Positions 35,463-44,545 of a stretch of DNA of 57,346 nt are shown in pieces; positions within the stretch are counted from its first letter, which is position 1, and each line of letters begins with the position of its first letter. A model generated the notes under the pieces. It had not been told where the DNA came from and made no database searches. It worked only from the letters and a program-made list of their open reading frames with translations. The position numbers and the translations under genes were made by a program. The DNA is taken from assembly GCA_964601675.1 (NCBI GenBank), contig CAZROF010000001.1, positions 1 to 57,346 on the forward strand, read 5' to 3'. This DNA comes from Candidatus Woesearchaeota archaeon (lineage in GTDB: Archaea > Nanobdellota > Nanobdellia > Pacearchaeales > GW2011-AR1).

Positions 35463-36083
35463 CTAAAAAAAACTTTGATTTATTTCCGCTTTTAAAAATG
35501 GTAGTTCTTTTTCCATACGAACAACCTTACTAGCAGAACTATCATATTTTCCATCACAACGAGAAGTCGCATCCCAACAATCAGCTATGGCTAAATATTT
35601 AGAATCAGGATGTAATCCATCCAAACTTAAAGTAGGATAAGAGTCTTTCCCCTTATGTCTATGGTGATCTCTTACTAAATGTGCATAATCTTCACTAAAT
35701 CCAGCCTTTCTCAGCATACTAGCAGATTTTTCCGGATGAGATTTCATAACCCCATGTTCCCAAGCCTCAAATTTACCAGGGTTGAGTAAAACCCTTCTCT
35801 GAATTTCCAATTTTCCAATATCGTGAGTAATTCCCGCAAAATACATTTTTTTAGCATTTAATCCAAAGCGTCCACTTATTTTAAGAGAGTGCTGGGCAAC
35901 ATTTAATGAATGTATATAAAGAGCAGGACAAGCTTCCTTTATTTTTTTGAGAGCCATAAAACTAAACTCACGCATCTTATTATCGAATCCCAATTTATTA
36001 AATATAACATTCAATCTATCTGAATCGATACTCGTATTATCAACCAAATTTTTATTTAACACGTTATTACTTAGCAATGACAT
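35463..36083 (-). CDS. stand-alone HD-GYP-like phosphohydrolase domain protein
   Basis: GITHDIGKLE (HD) and DHHRHKGKDSYP (compare HHE..DG.GYP). Confidence 0.6.
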   Translation of the reverse strand: MSLLSNNVLNKNLVDNTSIDSDRLNVIFNKLGFDNKMREFSFMALKKIKEACPALYIHSLNVAQHSLKISGRFGLNAKKMYFAGITHDIGKLEIQRRVLLNPGKFEAWEHGVMKSHPEKSASMLRKAGFSEDYAHLVRDHHRHKGKDSYPTLSLDGLHPDSKYLAIADCWDATSRCDGKYDSSASKVVRMEKELPFLKAEINQSFF

Positions 36084-36110
36084 GTTAATAAACCTTTCGC
36101 CTCAGCAAAC

Positions 36111-36120
36111 TTTTATAAAT
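36111..36120 (+). promoter_or_regulatory. TATA-like box ttttataaat upstream of thrS
   Basis: It ends 20 nt before the ATG at 36141. Confidence 0.4.
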
Positions 36121-36140
36121 TCTCAAATTCTTCCTTTTAT

Positions 36141-37838
36141 ATGAAAACCTTAAACTTGCACTGCGATTACATAAAATTCAAAACACTAAAAAAAGCAATA
36201 AAAACAATCGACGAAATTGCACCAAACCAAATACAAGAAGGAGAAGTAGAAGAATGCTTAGTTGTAATGACAGCGGTGGAAAAAGCAGATTCAAAAAAGT
36301 CAGTTTCGCAGCTAGTAGAATCAATCAAAAAAATCGCAGCTGATGTGAAAACTGAAAACATAGTTCTTTATCCTTATGCGCATTTATCTTCCAATCTTAG
36401 TTCACCAGAAACAGCAATCAGAATATTAAACGAAACAGCAAAACAACTATCTCCCCTAAAAGTAACTCAAGCACCATTTGGATATTACAAATCTTTCGAA
36501 TTAAAGGTTAAGGGACATCCTTTATCTGAATTGTCTAGAGAATTTAAGACTGAAGGGGATGAGGAAGTCACAGATATATCTGAAGATCAAAGAAAGAAGT
36601 TATTAAACACAATATCAAAAGCAAAACTTGACACATCTAAATTAGCAGAAAATGATCATAGGATAATAGGATCTAAGATGAACCTATGGAGTTTTAACAA
36701 TGTAGCTCCCGGAATGGTCTTCTGGCACCCAAAAGGACTTCATATTAGAAACAAGCTAATCGAATATTGGAAAGAGCTCCACAGAAAAGACTATGAAGAA
36801 ATATTAACCCCACAAATCATGGATAGAAAACTCTGGGAAGTTTCTGGACATTGGTCAAAATTTGGAGAAAATAACTTTAAAACAACTTATGAAAACAGAG
36901 ACTTCTTAGTCAAACCAATGAACTGTCCAGGCGGAATGCTAGTCTATAAAACATCCCCAAAAACATACAAAGACCTACCATTAAGAGTAGGAGAACTGGG
37001 AACGTTACATAGAATTGAATTATCAGGGACACTAGGCGGACTCTTTAGGGTAATCCAATTCACACAAGATGACGCTCACATATTTTGCACAGAGGATCAA
37101 TTAGAAGACGAAGTAGCAGGAGTAATAGACCTAATCCATAAAACCTTCAATCAATTCGGACTAGAATTTGATCATGTAGAACTCTCAACTAGACCAGAAA
37201 AAAGAGTAGGTGCAGAAGAAACATGGGATTTAGCAGAAGTGGCACTAGAAAAAATTCTGAAAAAATCGGGAATGAAATATGTAATTAATGAAGGAGATGG
37301 AGCATTTTACGGACCAAAAATAGACTTTCATCTAAAAGACTCCCTCCAGAGAACATGGCAATGCTCCACAATCCAACTCGACATGGCACTACCAGAAAGA
37401 TTCGACCTCCAGTATCAAGACAAAGAAAACAATAATCAAAAACCAATTATGTTACATAGAGTAATCTATGGTTCACTTGAAAGATTCATAGGAATAATAA
37501 CAGAACATTTTAACGGAAAATTCCCACTCTGGCTTTCTCCAAACCAAATTAAAATCATGACTCTAAACGACGACTCAAAAGATTACGCTAAAAAAATATC
37601 AGATAATCTATTTAAAGAAGGATTTGAGGTAGAATTAAATGATAAATCAGAATCAATGGGAAAGAAAGCAAGAAAAGCACAGATTCAAAGATTCAATTAT
37701 CTTGTGACAGTCGGAGAGCAAGAGATGAAAGAGAATAAAATAGCTGTTAGGAAAAGGGATTCAAAAGAAATCACAACAATGACATTAGAGAAATTCAAAG
37801 AAAAAATAAAACAAGAAATATCTCAGAAACAATTATAA
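36141..37838 (+). CDS. thrS: threonyl-tRNA synthetase with archaeal N-terminal editing domain
   Basis: A class II core (FWHPKG, MNCPG, RVGELGTLHR.E.SG.L.GLFRV..FTQDDAHIF, GAFYGPKID) is preceded by an archaeal-type editing domain (LHCDYIKF..VVMTAVEK..YPYAHLS). Confidence 0.9.
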   Translation: MKTLNLHCDYIKFKTLKKAIKTIDEIAPNQIQEGEVEECLVVMTAVEKADSKKSVSQLVESIKKIAADVKTENIVLYPYAHLSSNLSSPETAIRILNETAKQLSPLKVTQAPFGYYKSFELKVKGHPLSELSREFKTEGDEEVTDISEDQRKKLLNTISKAKLDTSKLAENDHRIIGSKMNLWSFNNVAPGMVFWHPKGLHIRNKLIEYWKELHRKDYEEILTPQIMDRKLWEVSGHWSKFGENNFKTTYENRDFLVKPMNCPGGMLVYKTSPKTYKDLPLRVGELGTLHRIELSGTLGGLFRVIQFTQDDAHIFCTEDQLEDEVAGVIDLIHKTFNQFGLEFDHVELSTRPEKRVGAEETWDLAEVALEKILKKSGMKYVINEGDGAFYGPKIDFHLKDSLQRTWQCSTIQLDMALPERFDLQYQDKENNNQKPIMLHRVIYGSLERFIGIITEHFNGKFPLWLSPNQIKIMTLNDDSKDYAKKISDNLFKEGFEVELNDKSESMGKKARKAQIQRFNYLVTVGEQEMKENKIAVRKRDSKEITTMTLEKFKEKIKQEISQKQL

Positions 37839-37912
37839 TCCTAGGTATGAACTAAGAGTACAATAAGTAAACTAATACCTAAATTTATATAGTTAAAATA
37901 ATATATAAACCT

Positions 37913-38170
37913 ATGAGGTGGGGAAAAATTATATTACTTTTTCAAGCAATTATAACATTAATGATAGGTATAGCCTTTTTTTCTCAATTAACAGTTATAG
38001 GGGGTTCTGATATATCACAGCTAAAAATAGATTTTACATCAGGAAAGAATTTAACAGAAAATTCATCACAAACAATAGATAATATAAGAACTCGTTTCAG
38101 TATAGCGTCATATGTTCTTCTAATAATAGGGCTAGTAGAAGTAATTCTAATCATGCGTCTCATGAGTTAA
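37913..38170 (+). CDS. small membrane protein (2 TM)
   Basis: Two hydrophobic helices; no motif. Confidence 0.35.
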   Translation: MRWGKIILLFQAIITLMIGIAFFSQLTVIGGSDISQLKIDFTSGKNLTENSSQTIDNIRTRFSIASYVLLIIGLVEVILIMRLMS

Positions 38171-38200
38171 ACCTATAAACCAAAATTTCTTATTTTTTAT

Positions 38201-38719
38201 ATGAAAATTCAAGAGTTAATAGAAGAACTACAAGATAAATCAGAACATTCCGAATTTAAGTCTCAAAATCCAAAAACATTTTTCGCAGCAGCATTCTTAA
38301 TTTTAGATTTAGAGAACCAAACCGAGCAAATACAGTTGGATTATTTTCTTCCAGAAGAAAACAAAATCGCAGCGTTCTCTCATCCCTTCACCAAGCCGAA
38401 AATTCATGACAATATAATCTCAGTTTCAAAGGAAGGTCAAACAAAACCAGCAAATCCTCAGCCAATGCAAGCCCAAACTGCAAAAATAAAAATCGATATA
38501 GATAATCTAGAATCTGCCTGTAGTGAAATAATAAAAGAAAATGAGTCCAAACTCCAACCAACAAAAATAATAGCAATCCTAAAAGACGACATTTGGAATC
38601 TAACTTGCATGGACAACGCCCTCGGAATCGTAAGAATAAAAATCAACGCAATTTCAGGAGAGGCAATTGACTTCAACAAAGGCTCCCTAATGGATTTTAT
38701 GGGAATGAAGAAAAAATAG
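38201..38719 (+). CDS. hypothetical protein, possibly tandem PepSY-like
   Basis: Two repeats of a ..I.L.....W.L.C......V.I.I.A.SGE.I pattern; weak evidence. Confidence 0.35.
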   Translation: MKIQELIEELQDKSEHSEFKSQNPKTFFAAAFLILDLENQTEQIQLDYFLPEENKIAAFSHPFTKPKIHDNIISVSKEGQTKPANPQPMQAQTAKIKIDIDNLESACSEIIKENESKLQPTKIIAILKDDIWNLTCMDNALGIVRIKINAISGEAIDFNKGSLMDFMGMKKK

Positions 38720-38833
38720 AATCCATTTGGATTTTGCCCAAGTAAAAAACAATCCACGATAAATTATAATCGTAATTTTGAGAGATGGCAATTATCCCAT
38801 AACCTTTATATACATCTAATCATATAATCTACT

Positions 38834-39007
38834 ATGAATAAAAACAAATTAAAAATATTAATACCGAATGCCGTCGCACTAGCTATGGGAGCTACAAGTA
38901 TTGTATTACTAACATTAAAGGAATCCCAAGAGACAGTCCCCATTCTTTTGTCAATTGCAGTTTTCTGCTTAGCATACGTTGGAATAAAAAATATGAATAA
39001 AAAGTAA
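38834..39007 (+). CDS. possible 57-aa two-TM membrane protein (below ORF-track cutoff)
   Basis: MNKNKLKILIPNAVALAMGATSIVLLTLKESQETVPILLSIAVFCLAYVGIKNMNKK*. Confidence 0.3.
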   Translation: MNKNKLKILIPNAVALAMGATSIVLLTLKESQETVPILLSIAVFCLAYVGIKNMNKK

Positions 39008-39019
39008 TAATTCTCTAAA

Positions 39020-39610
39020 TTACTTCTTTTTAACTATCACAACAATATTTTTCCCCACCTCAACTCTCTTCACTAAAAACCCAACACTCTCTAGCACTGA
39101 CATTAACTCATCAACATCATAAATATAAGTAAATCTATTATATTTTTTCCCATTAACAGTCCAGGGAATAAAACACTCCTTATCTTTATTCTTAATTCTA
39201 CTATCCTTTCCTCGTCCCCAAACCGAAATTATGGCCTCCCCTCCCCTCTTTAAAACTCGATAAACTTCCTCTAAACTCTTTCGCCTCTTATTTGCAGAAT
39301 CAACACAATGCAAAACTCGAGCAAAAACCACAAAATCAAAAAACTCATCATCATAAGGAATATCATAAACGTATCCTTTCTTCAACTCAACATACCCCTT
39401 ACCCTCAGCAAACTTCAAAAGCTCCTCAGAAAAATCAACACCATAAAACTTCAACTCCTCACTATTCAAACAATTTCTACCAGACCCACACCCCAAGTCC
39501 AAAACCATGCCTTTTTTACCAGACAAAAATTTAACAATTTCCTCCGCAGATCTGACCCTACAAGTTGCCCACTCTCCCGCAATAGAATCCCAAATTTTTT
39601 CTTGTTCCAT
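39020..39610 (-). CDS. class I SAM-dependent methyltransferase, Trm9-like
   Basis: VLDLGCGSGRN, FDFVVFARVLHCV, LKRGGEAIISVWGRG..ECFIPW...NRFTYIYDVDEL resembles the Trm9/ALKBH8-MT pattern (vWa.eq...vpW....RyYH.F...EL). Confidence 0.7.
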   Translation of the reverse strand: MEQEKIWDSIAGEWATCRVRSAEEIVKFLSGKKGMVLDLGCGSGRNCLNSEELKFYGVDFSEELLKFAEGKGYVELKKGYVYDIPYDDEFFDFVVFARVLHCVDSANKRRKSLEEVYRVLKRGGEAIISVWGRGKDSRIKNKDKECFIPWTVNGKKYNRFTYIYDVDELMSVLESVGFLVKRVEVGKNIVVIVKKK

Positions 39611-39671
39611 CTAAATAGGAATATGTCGTCGTTTATAATAATACTTATTAACTTTCATCCTATAAAATAAC

Positions 39672-40279
39672 ATGGGAATAGAAAGACTGATAGATTTTCA
39701 CTTAACTATTAACACCCTAAAAGATACTACTAGATACAGTTCATGCAGAGAATCCATGCGAGAATCTACACCAGATCATTCCTGGAAGTTAGCACTTCTT
39801 GCAGGGATACAATAGATGAATTGGGACTTAATATAGATCCGGTTTATGCAAATAAAATTGCGCTGATTCATGATATATGCGAATATAAAATGCAATTTGA
39901 TATAGATTCATTTGATATAGTAAAAGGAAAAAATACAAAAAAATACAAAAAAGAACTAGAAAATAAAACAGTAGCAGGACTAGCAGAAGAATATGGAAGA
40001 CAAGATATTTATGATGCTTGGATAGATTTTGAGCAAGGAAACACTCCAGAAGCAAAATACATTAAGGCCTTAGACAAGATAGAATCATTGCTCCATATGA
40101 TAAAGAGAGGAGATAGGGGAAGAAATCAAAAAGATGGAGATCATATGGCACTTTGCGCAGATAAAGCCGTCCTCGCATTTCCAGAAGTAATCCCATTATT
40201 AAAGGAAGTAAAAAAAAGATTAAGAAATCTTTTTGAAGATGAAGGAATGGAGTGGAAACCAGAATACAACAAGGTATAA
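39672..40279 (+). pseudogene. HD-domain hydrolase (YfbR-like 5'-nucleotidase family), frameshifted
   Basis: The 47-aa ORF at 39672-39815 reads MGIERLIDFHLTINTLKDTTRY..ESTPDHSWKLALLAGIQ*. The 39743-40279 ORF continues in another frame with ..DTIDELGLNIDPVYANKIALIHDICE.. (HD motif). A 1-nt indel at the G-run 39804-39806 would fuse them. Confidence 0.55.
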
Positions 40280-40300
40280 TTTTATAAATTTGTCTTCCAA

Positions 40301-40370
40301 AAGTTCTAACCTAAAAATATTAAGATAATGTATGGTATACCATAATACTATGGTAAGTTCTAACCTAAAA
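40301..40370 (+). repeat. two 16-nt direct repeats aagttctaacctaaaa (40301-40316, 40355-40370) flanking a 14-bp palindrome tatggtataccata (40331-40344)
   Basis: Exact matches read directly. They lie in the longest noncoding stretch of the window. Confidence 0.6.
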
Positions 40371-40747
40371 GAAAAGACATTGAGATTCTTCATTATTAAT
40401 TAAAAATCTCATTATTTTATCATACAACCGATATCAACTTATAATCTCGGGAGAGAAGAAACTTTTTTGATTAGTGATAGTCATTTGAGGACGTATAGAT
40501 GTGAGAAAACCAAAATTTTATTTTGGTACGAAACCCCTGAAAAGATAAAAAGTTTGGATATTTTTAAAAAGAGCAAAATAATATTAATGAAAGGAATGTC
40601 AGACTAAATGGCTGAATTGATTCTAAGTATTATGTATCTATTTAAACCATAAAATCTCAAACAATCTTAACAATATCATCAAACTTACAAGTCAAAGAAT
40701 ACAACTTAGCAGGACGATAACTAACGCCCTCCTCAATTCCATCAAAC

Positions 40748-40755
40748 ATTTAAAC
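40748..40755 (+). promoter_or_regulatory. TATA-like box atttaaac upstream of elp3
   Basis: It ends 20 nt before the ATG at 40776. The 16-mer atttaaaccataaaat (40748-40763) is also present at 40640-40655. Confidence 0.4.
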
Positions 40756-40775
40756 CATAAAATTCTTTCCTTACT

Positions 40776-42182
40776 ATGAAAAAATCCAAAGTTCGTAAAC
40801 CAACCAAAACAATCTCCGGAGTAACTCCTCTAGCCGTTATGCTCCCACCTAGAAAATGTAATCACGGAACCTGCCTCTACTGCCCCTCATTTAATGTTCC
40901 AAAATCTCACAAATCTACCAATGTAGGTGCTCCCCAATCCTACACCCCAGAATCCCCAGCAGTTCTTAGAGCAAGAGAATGCAACTACGATCCAAAAAAA
41001 CAAATAAAAGTTAGACTAAAAGCATTCGACTATATGCACCACCCAACAGAAAAAATAGAGCTAATAATTATGGGAGGAACCTTCCTTTCTTATCCGAGAG
41101 AATTCCAATTCGACTTCATAAAAAAATGCTATGATGCCTTAAACAAGAAATCTTCAAAATCTCTAACTGAAGCAAAAAAAATAAACGAAACAGCAAAACA
41201 TAGAGCAGTAGCTATTTGCATAGAAACAAGACCAGATGTTTGTACGCCTTCTCAAATAAAAGATATCTTAGAGTTTGGAGCAACACGAGTAGAACTTGGA
41301 GTTCAGGCGATTTCAGACGAAATTTACAAAAAGGTAAATAGGGGTCACACTGTCCAAGATGTAATTGACGCAACAAAAAGATTGAAGCAAGCGGGATTTA
41401 AAATAGGATACCATCTTATGCCCGGAATACCAGGCTCGAACCAAAAAAAAGATATACAAATGTTCAAGAAAATATTCAAATCTTCTGACTTCAAGCCAGA
41501 CCAAATAAAAATCTATCCATGCCAAGTCTTAAAGGGTGCAGGAATAGAAAATCTATATTATGGAGGAGAATATCTTCCTTATGATAAGCAAACCGTAGCA
41601 AATCTAATAATCAAAATGCTCAAACTAACACCACGTTATTGCAGAATCATGAGAATAATGCGTGAAATCCCTCCACACTATCTAATCGCCGGAATAAAAA
41701 ACATAGATATGCGTCATGATATAGAAAAAAATATAGATAAAAAGAAGTCTAAAATTCAGGAAATACGATTTAGAGAAATAGGATTTGCAGTTCGAGATAA
41801 AAGAAAGATAAATACAAAATTAAGACTAAAAACAACAAAATACAAAGCTTCAGGAGGAGTAGAATATTTTATGGAAATAATAAATCAAGATAATATTCTT
41901 TTTGGACTTCTAAGATTGAGACTAGATAAAAAGTTACCAGCAATGATTAGAGAATTACATATTTATGGACAAGCATTAAATATAACGACCTCTAATAATA
42001 TGGCTAAAGCATCTCAACATCAAGGACTAGGAAAACAATTAATGAAAGAATCAGAAAAAATAGTAAAGAAAAAAGGATTCAAAAAGTTAAGAATAATATC
42101 GGGAGTAGGTGTTAGAGAATATTATAAAAAACTAGGGTATAAATTAGATAAAGAAAAAATATATATGGAAAAGAAACTATAA
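40776..42182 (+). CDS. elp3: Elp3-type radical SAM / GNAT tRNA U34 modification enzyme
   Basis: Radical SAM cluster CNHGTCLYCP, ELGVQ, an Elp3 core, and a C-terminal GNAT (HQGLGKQLM). Confidence 0.9.
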   Translation: MKKSKVRKPTKTISGVTPLAVMLPPRKCNHGTCLYCPSFNVPKSHKSTNVGAPQSYTPESPAVLRARECNYDPKKQIKVRLKAFDYMHHPTEKIELIIMGGTFLSYPREFQFDFIKKCYDALNKKSSKSLTEAKKINETAKHRAVAICIETRPDVCTPSQIKDILEFGATRVELGVQAISDEIYKKVNRGHTVQDVIDATKRLKQAGFKIGYHLMPGIPGSNQKKDIQMFKKIFKSSDFKPDQIKIYPCQVLKGAGIENLYYGGEYLPYDKQTVANLIIKMLKLTPRYCRIMRIMREIPPHYLIAGIKNIDMRHDIEKNIDKKKSKIQEIRFREIGFAVRDKRKINTKLRLKTTKYKASGGVEYFMEIINQDNILFGLLRLRLDKKLPAMIRELHIYGQALNITTSNNMAKASQHQGLGKQLMKESEKIVKKKGFKKLRIISGVGVREYYKKLGYKLDKEKIYMEKKL

Positions 42183-42275
42183 TATATATATTACAATATA
42201 GTATACCAGAGTATATATGTTAATTCAAAAAAATAGACAAGAGCTTTCCAAAAGGATGCGTGGGCTATCTATTCC

Positions 42276-42587
42276 CTAATCCTCTAAAGCGACAACTGTC
42301 ATATAGATAAAGTTATATAAGCTCTCTACATAGTCTCTCTCTGTCTTTTTCTCTGTCCATTCGCAATATGGTGAATATCGGAAATCTACTTTCAAATGGG
42401 AATTTTTATCTCCTTTCCAATCTAAATCAGGAGCAGATAAGCCTAACCCCTTTAGATATCCCTTTAGATTCTCTAATTCTTCTTTACTCTTAAGGGAAAC
42501 CAAGGTTTCCTCGAGAGATTTTATTTTTTCTTTCATATCAATCTCCTCAAAATAGATTATATAAACTTTACGGTAGTAACAAATCAA
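42276..42587 (-). CDS. hypothetical protein (likely start at ATG 42536)
   Basis: ORF only, with a coiled-coil-like N-terminus. Confidence 0.3.
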   Translation of the reverse strand: MICYYRKVYIIYFEEIDMKEKIKSLEETLVSLKSKEELENLKGYLKGLGLSAPDLDWKGDKNSHLKVDFRYSPYCEWTEKKTERDYVESLYNFIYMTVVALED

Positions 42588-42623
42588 TTATAAAAAATCC
42601 AGCAGGACAAAAGTCCCACTGGA

Positions 42624-42702
42624 GATACTTCTCCCGAGTCAGACTATTTACTTGATAATTTAAATAACGGGAGGTTAAATTTATCAAGATAGGAGAAGTA
42701 TC
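42624..42702. other. 79-nt two-tier hairpin (11-bp outer stem, 13-bp inner stem with one bulge)
   Basis: gatacttctcc (42624-42634) pairs with ggagaagtatc (42692-42702). cttgataatttaa (42651-42663) pairs with ttaaatttatcaag (42675-42688). It could be a terminator for the 42835-43905 gene or a small RNA. Confidence 0.35.
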
Positions 42703-42834
42703 ATATTATACTAATATAAAAGTTTTATTAAAACCTTATTAAAGCCATTGGGCAAAAGAATAAGATGTCGGATACAAATCAGCATATATTATCCTTGAAT
42801 AAATAACTAAAATAACTTCTTCTTTTCTTTATTC

Positions 42835-43905
42835 TTATTTCTTTGAATTCTTTTTGCTATCAGGTGTATCTTCATTGTTTCTTTTCCTTCTCCACATAAA
42901 AAAGAAAGCCAATAACACTAAAGCAATAAGAATCGCAATTACAGTCCAGCTACCAACACCACCACCAATAACAGCACCAGTCATTAAGGAAATAAATCCT
43001 TTTTTAGGAGTAGCTGTTTCATTATCACCAGCCAAACTAAAACCAGTTTCATTTGATGTCTCATTTTGCACAATTACAGCATCTACAACACATTTCCCAA
43101 CGCCATTTTCAAGATTGAAATGATATCCATCTCGGCAATTAGGTTTAACCCATCCCCCACTACCAGAAGACTCTTTTTTAGAAGACCCACCACAAGATCC
43201 ACAATTTCCTCCACAATCTATTCCAGTTTCTCTTCCATTTTGTATCCCATCGCTACAAGTAGGTATAATTTCAATAATAGGCTTAGTAATCACAACATCA
43301 ACAACAGTCCCATTGCTCACATTCAAATTTTCACTCGTTCCATTATACTCGCCCTTAATAGCAAAAACACTGAAAATATGAGAACTATTACACTCACTCT
43401 CTAAAAATTCAACAGAATAACTTCCATTAACATTACTAATATTCATTTTAGGAATACCGTCACAAGTCACACTAACATTCGCACCTTCAACAACAGTCCC
43501 ATTTAATGTAGTATTATAAACAGTCCCATTGAAGATAATAATAGATTCAACAACCTCTTTCTTTTCAATCGCAATATTCATAACAGCCCCGAATAAATCA
43601 CTAACATCATTAGCTCCATCACTCCCAGAATAATCTCCTTTCTCGGCAGAAACAATATAATTACTTGAGTTATTACATTCACTAGATAAGAAACTCACAC
43701 CATAAACACCATCACTTTCACTAATAGTGCTCTTCAAAATACCATCACAAGTTACATTAACATTAGCACCTGTTACATTATCGCCACCAATAGTGGTGTT
43801 ATATATGACTCCAGTAATAGGAGTATCAGCAGAAACAATCCCAAAAGAAAAAACCATCAAAAACAATAAAATGAATCCAAACTTTTTTTCCATATTATAT
43901 ATCAT
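42835..43905 (-). CDS. surface protein: signal peptide, two CarboxypepD_reg-like beta-sandwich repeats, 4-Cys module, C-terminal TM plus basic tail
   Basis: The repeats read GVIYNTT..GANVNVTCDG..SDGVYGVSF and GTVYNTT..GANVSVTCDG..VNGSYSVEF. Then PTCSDGIQNGRETGIDCGGNCGSC, followed by WTVIAILIALVLLAFFFMWRRKR. Confidence 0.6.
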   Translation of the reverse strand: MIYNMEKKFGFILLFLMVFSFGIVSADTPITGVIYNTTIGGDNVTGANVNVTCDGILKSTISESDGVYGVSFLSSECNNSSNYIVSAEKGDYSGSDGANDVSDLFGAVMNIAIEKKEVVESIIIFNGTVYNTTLNGTVVEGANVSVTCDGIPKMNISNVNGSYSVEFLESECNSSHIFSVFAIKGEYNGTSENLNVSNGTVVDVVITKPIIEIIPTCSDGIQNGRETGIDCGGNCGSCGGSSKKESSGSGGWVKPNCRDGYHFNLENGVGKCVVDAVIVQNETSNETGFSLAGDNETATPKKGFISLMTGAVIGGGVGSWTVIAILIALVLLAFFFMWRRKRNNEDTPDSKKNSKK

Positions 43906-43923
43906 ATTAGTTACTTTTTAAAT

Positions 43924-44370
43924 TTATTCTTTTCTGACAACAAAAAACACTCCAAGGGCGCTCATCATTGTTAATATTCCCATGAAAAATCCGAATTCAG
44001 GAACAATCGAAACATTAACAACACCTAAATCCCAGTTGTTCAATATAGCATCTTCATGAATAATACCAGAAGCAGATCCATCCATACCGTTTTTTTCAGC
44101 AATAATATTCAAAGAATCACCAGCACTGCAAGATTCTTTATTGTAGATAGCAGTATAGCTACCAGTTGATTCACTAGTTACATTTTGGATATTCCCATTG
44201 CAATTAACCTCAACATTAGCTCCATCAACAACATTAGAAAAATCAGCATTATAAATTTTGCCAGTAATTAAAGTACTCCCATCATTATCAGAAACAGCTC
44301 CAGCAAATGAAACCGACAAGAGTATTGCCATTAGAAATGTTACCATTAGAAAATTAAATAGAGTTTTCAT
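43924..44370 (-). CDS. small PEF-CTERM surface protein (signal peptide + one CarboxypepD_reg-like domain + PEF-CTERM)
   Basis: The C-terminus is VPEFGFFMGILTMMSALGVFFVVRKE: a PEF motif, a TM helix and a basic tail. Confidence 0.7.
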   Translation of the reverse strand: MKTLFNFLMVTFLMAILLSVSFAGAVSDNDGSTLITGKIYNADFSNVVDGANVEVNCNGNIQNVTSESTGSYTAIYNKESCSAGDSLNIIAEKNGMDGSASGIIHEDAILNNWDLGVVNVSIVPEFGFFMGILTMMSALGVFFVVRKE

Positions 44371-44545
44371 ACAATATTATAAAAAATCAGCTTTAAAAGT
44401 ATTATGAAGATAGACTATAGATGTCAGATGGAGCAAAATAACGTCATTTATTCTAAAGAAACTGACAATTACCTAATTCCTCTAAAATATTAATGATTTT
44501 ATATAATGCCCAAAGTTTAATAACTTTATACTGATTAATACCGAT

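Noticed and set aside
40657-40749. 30-codon minus-strand ORF (MFDGIEEGVSYRPAKLYSLTCKFDDIVKIV) in the G+C-richer patch upstream of elp3.
   Set aside because: It is too short and has no recognisable motif. It may be a gene remnant, and it is mentioned under the noncoding-region finding instead.
44371-44545. Calling this divergent spacer a replication origin outright.
   Set aside because: I saw no ORB-type repeats, no obvious duplex-unwinding element beyond the general AT-richness, and no orc1/cdc6 gene in the window. Only the skew-polarity observation is reported.
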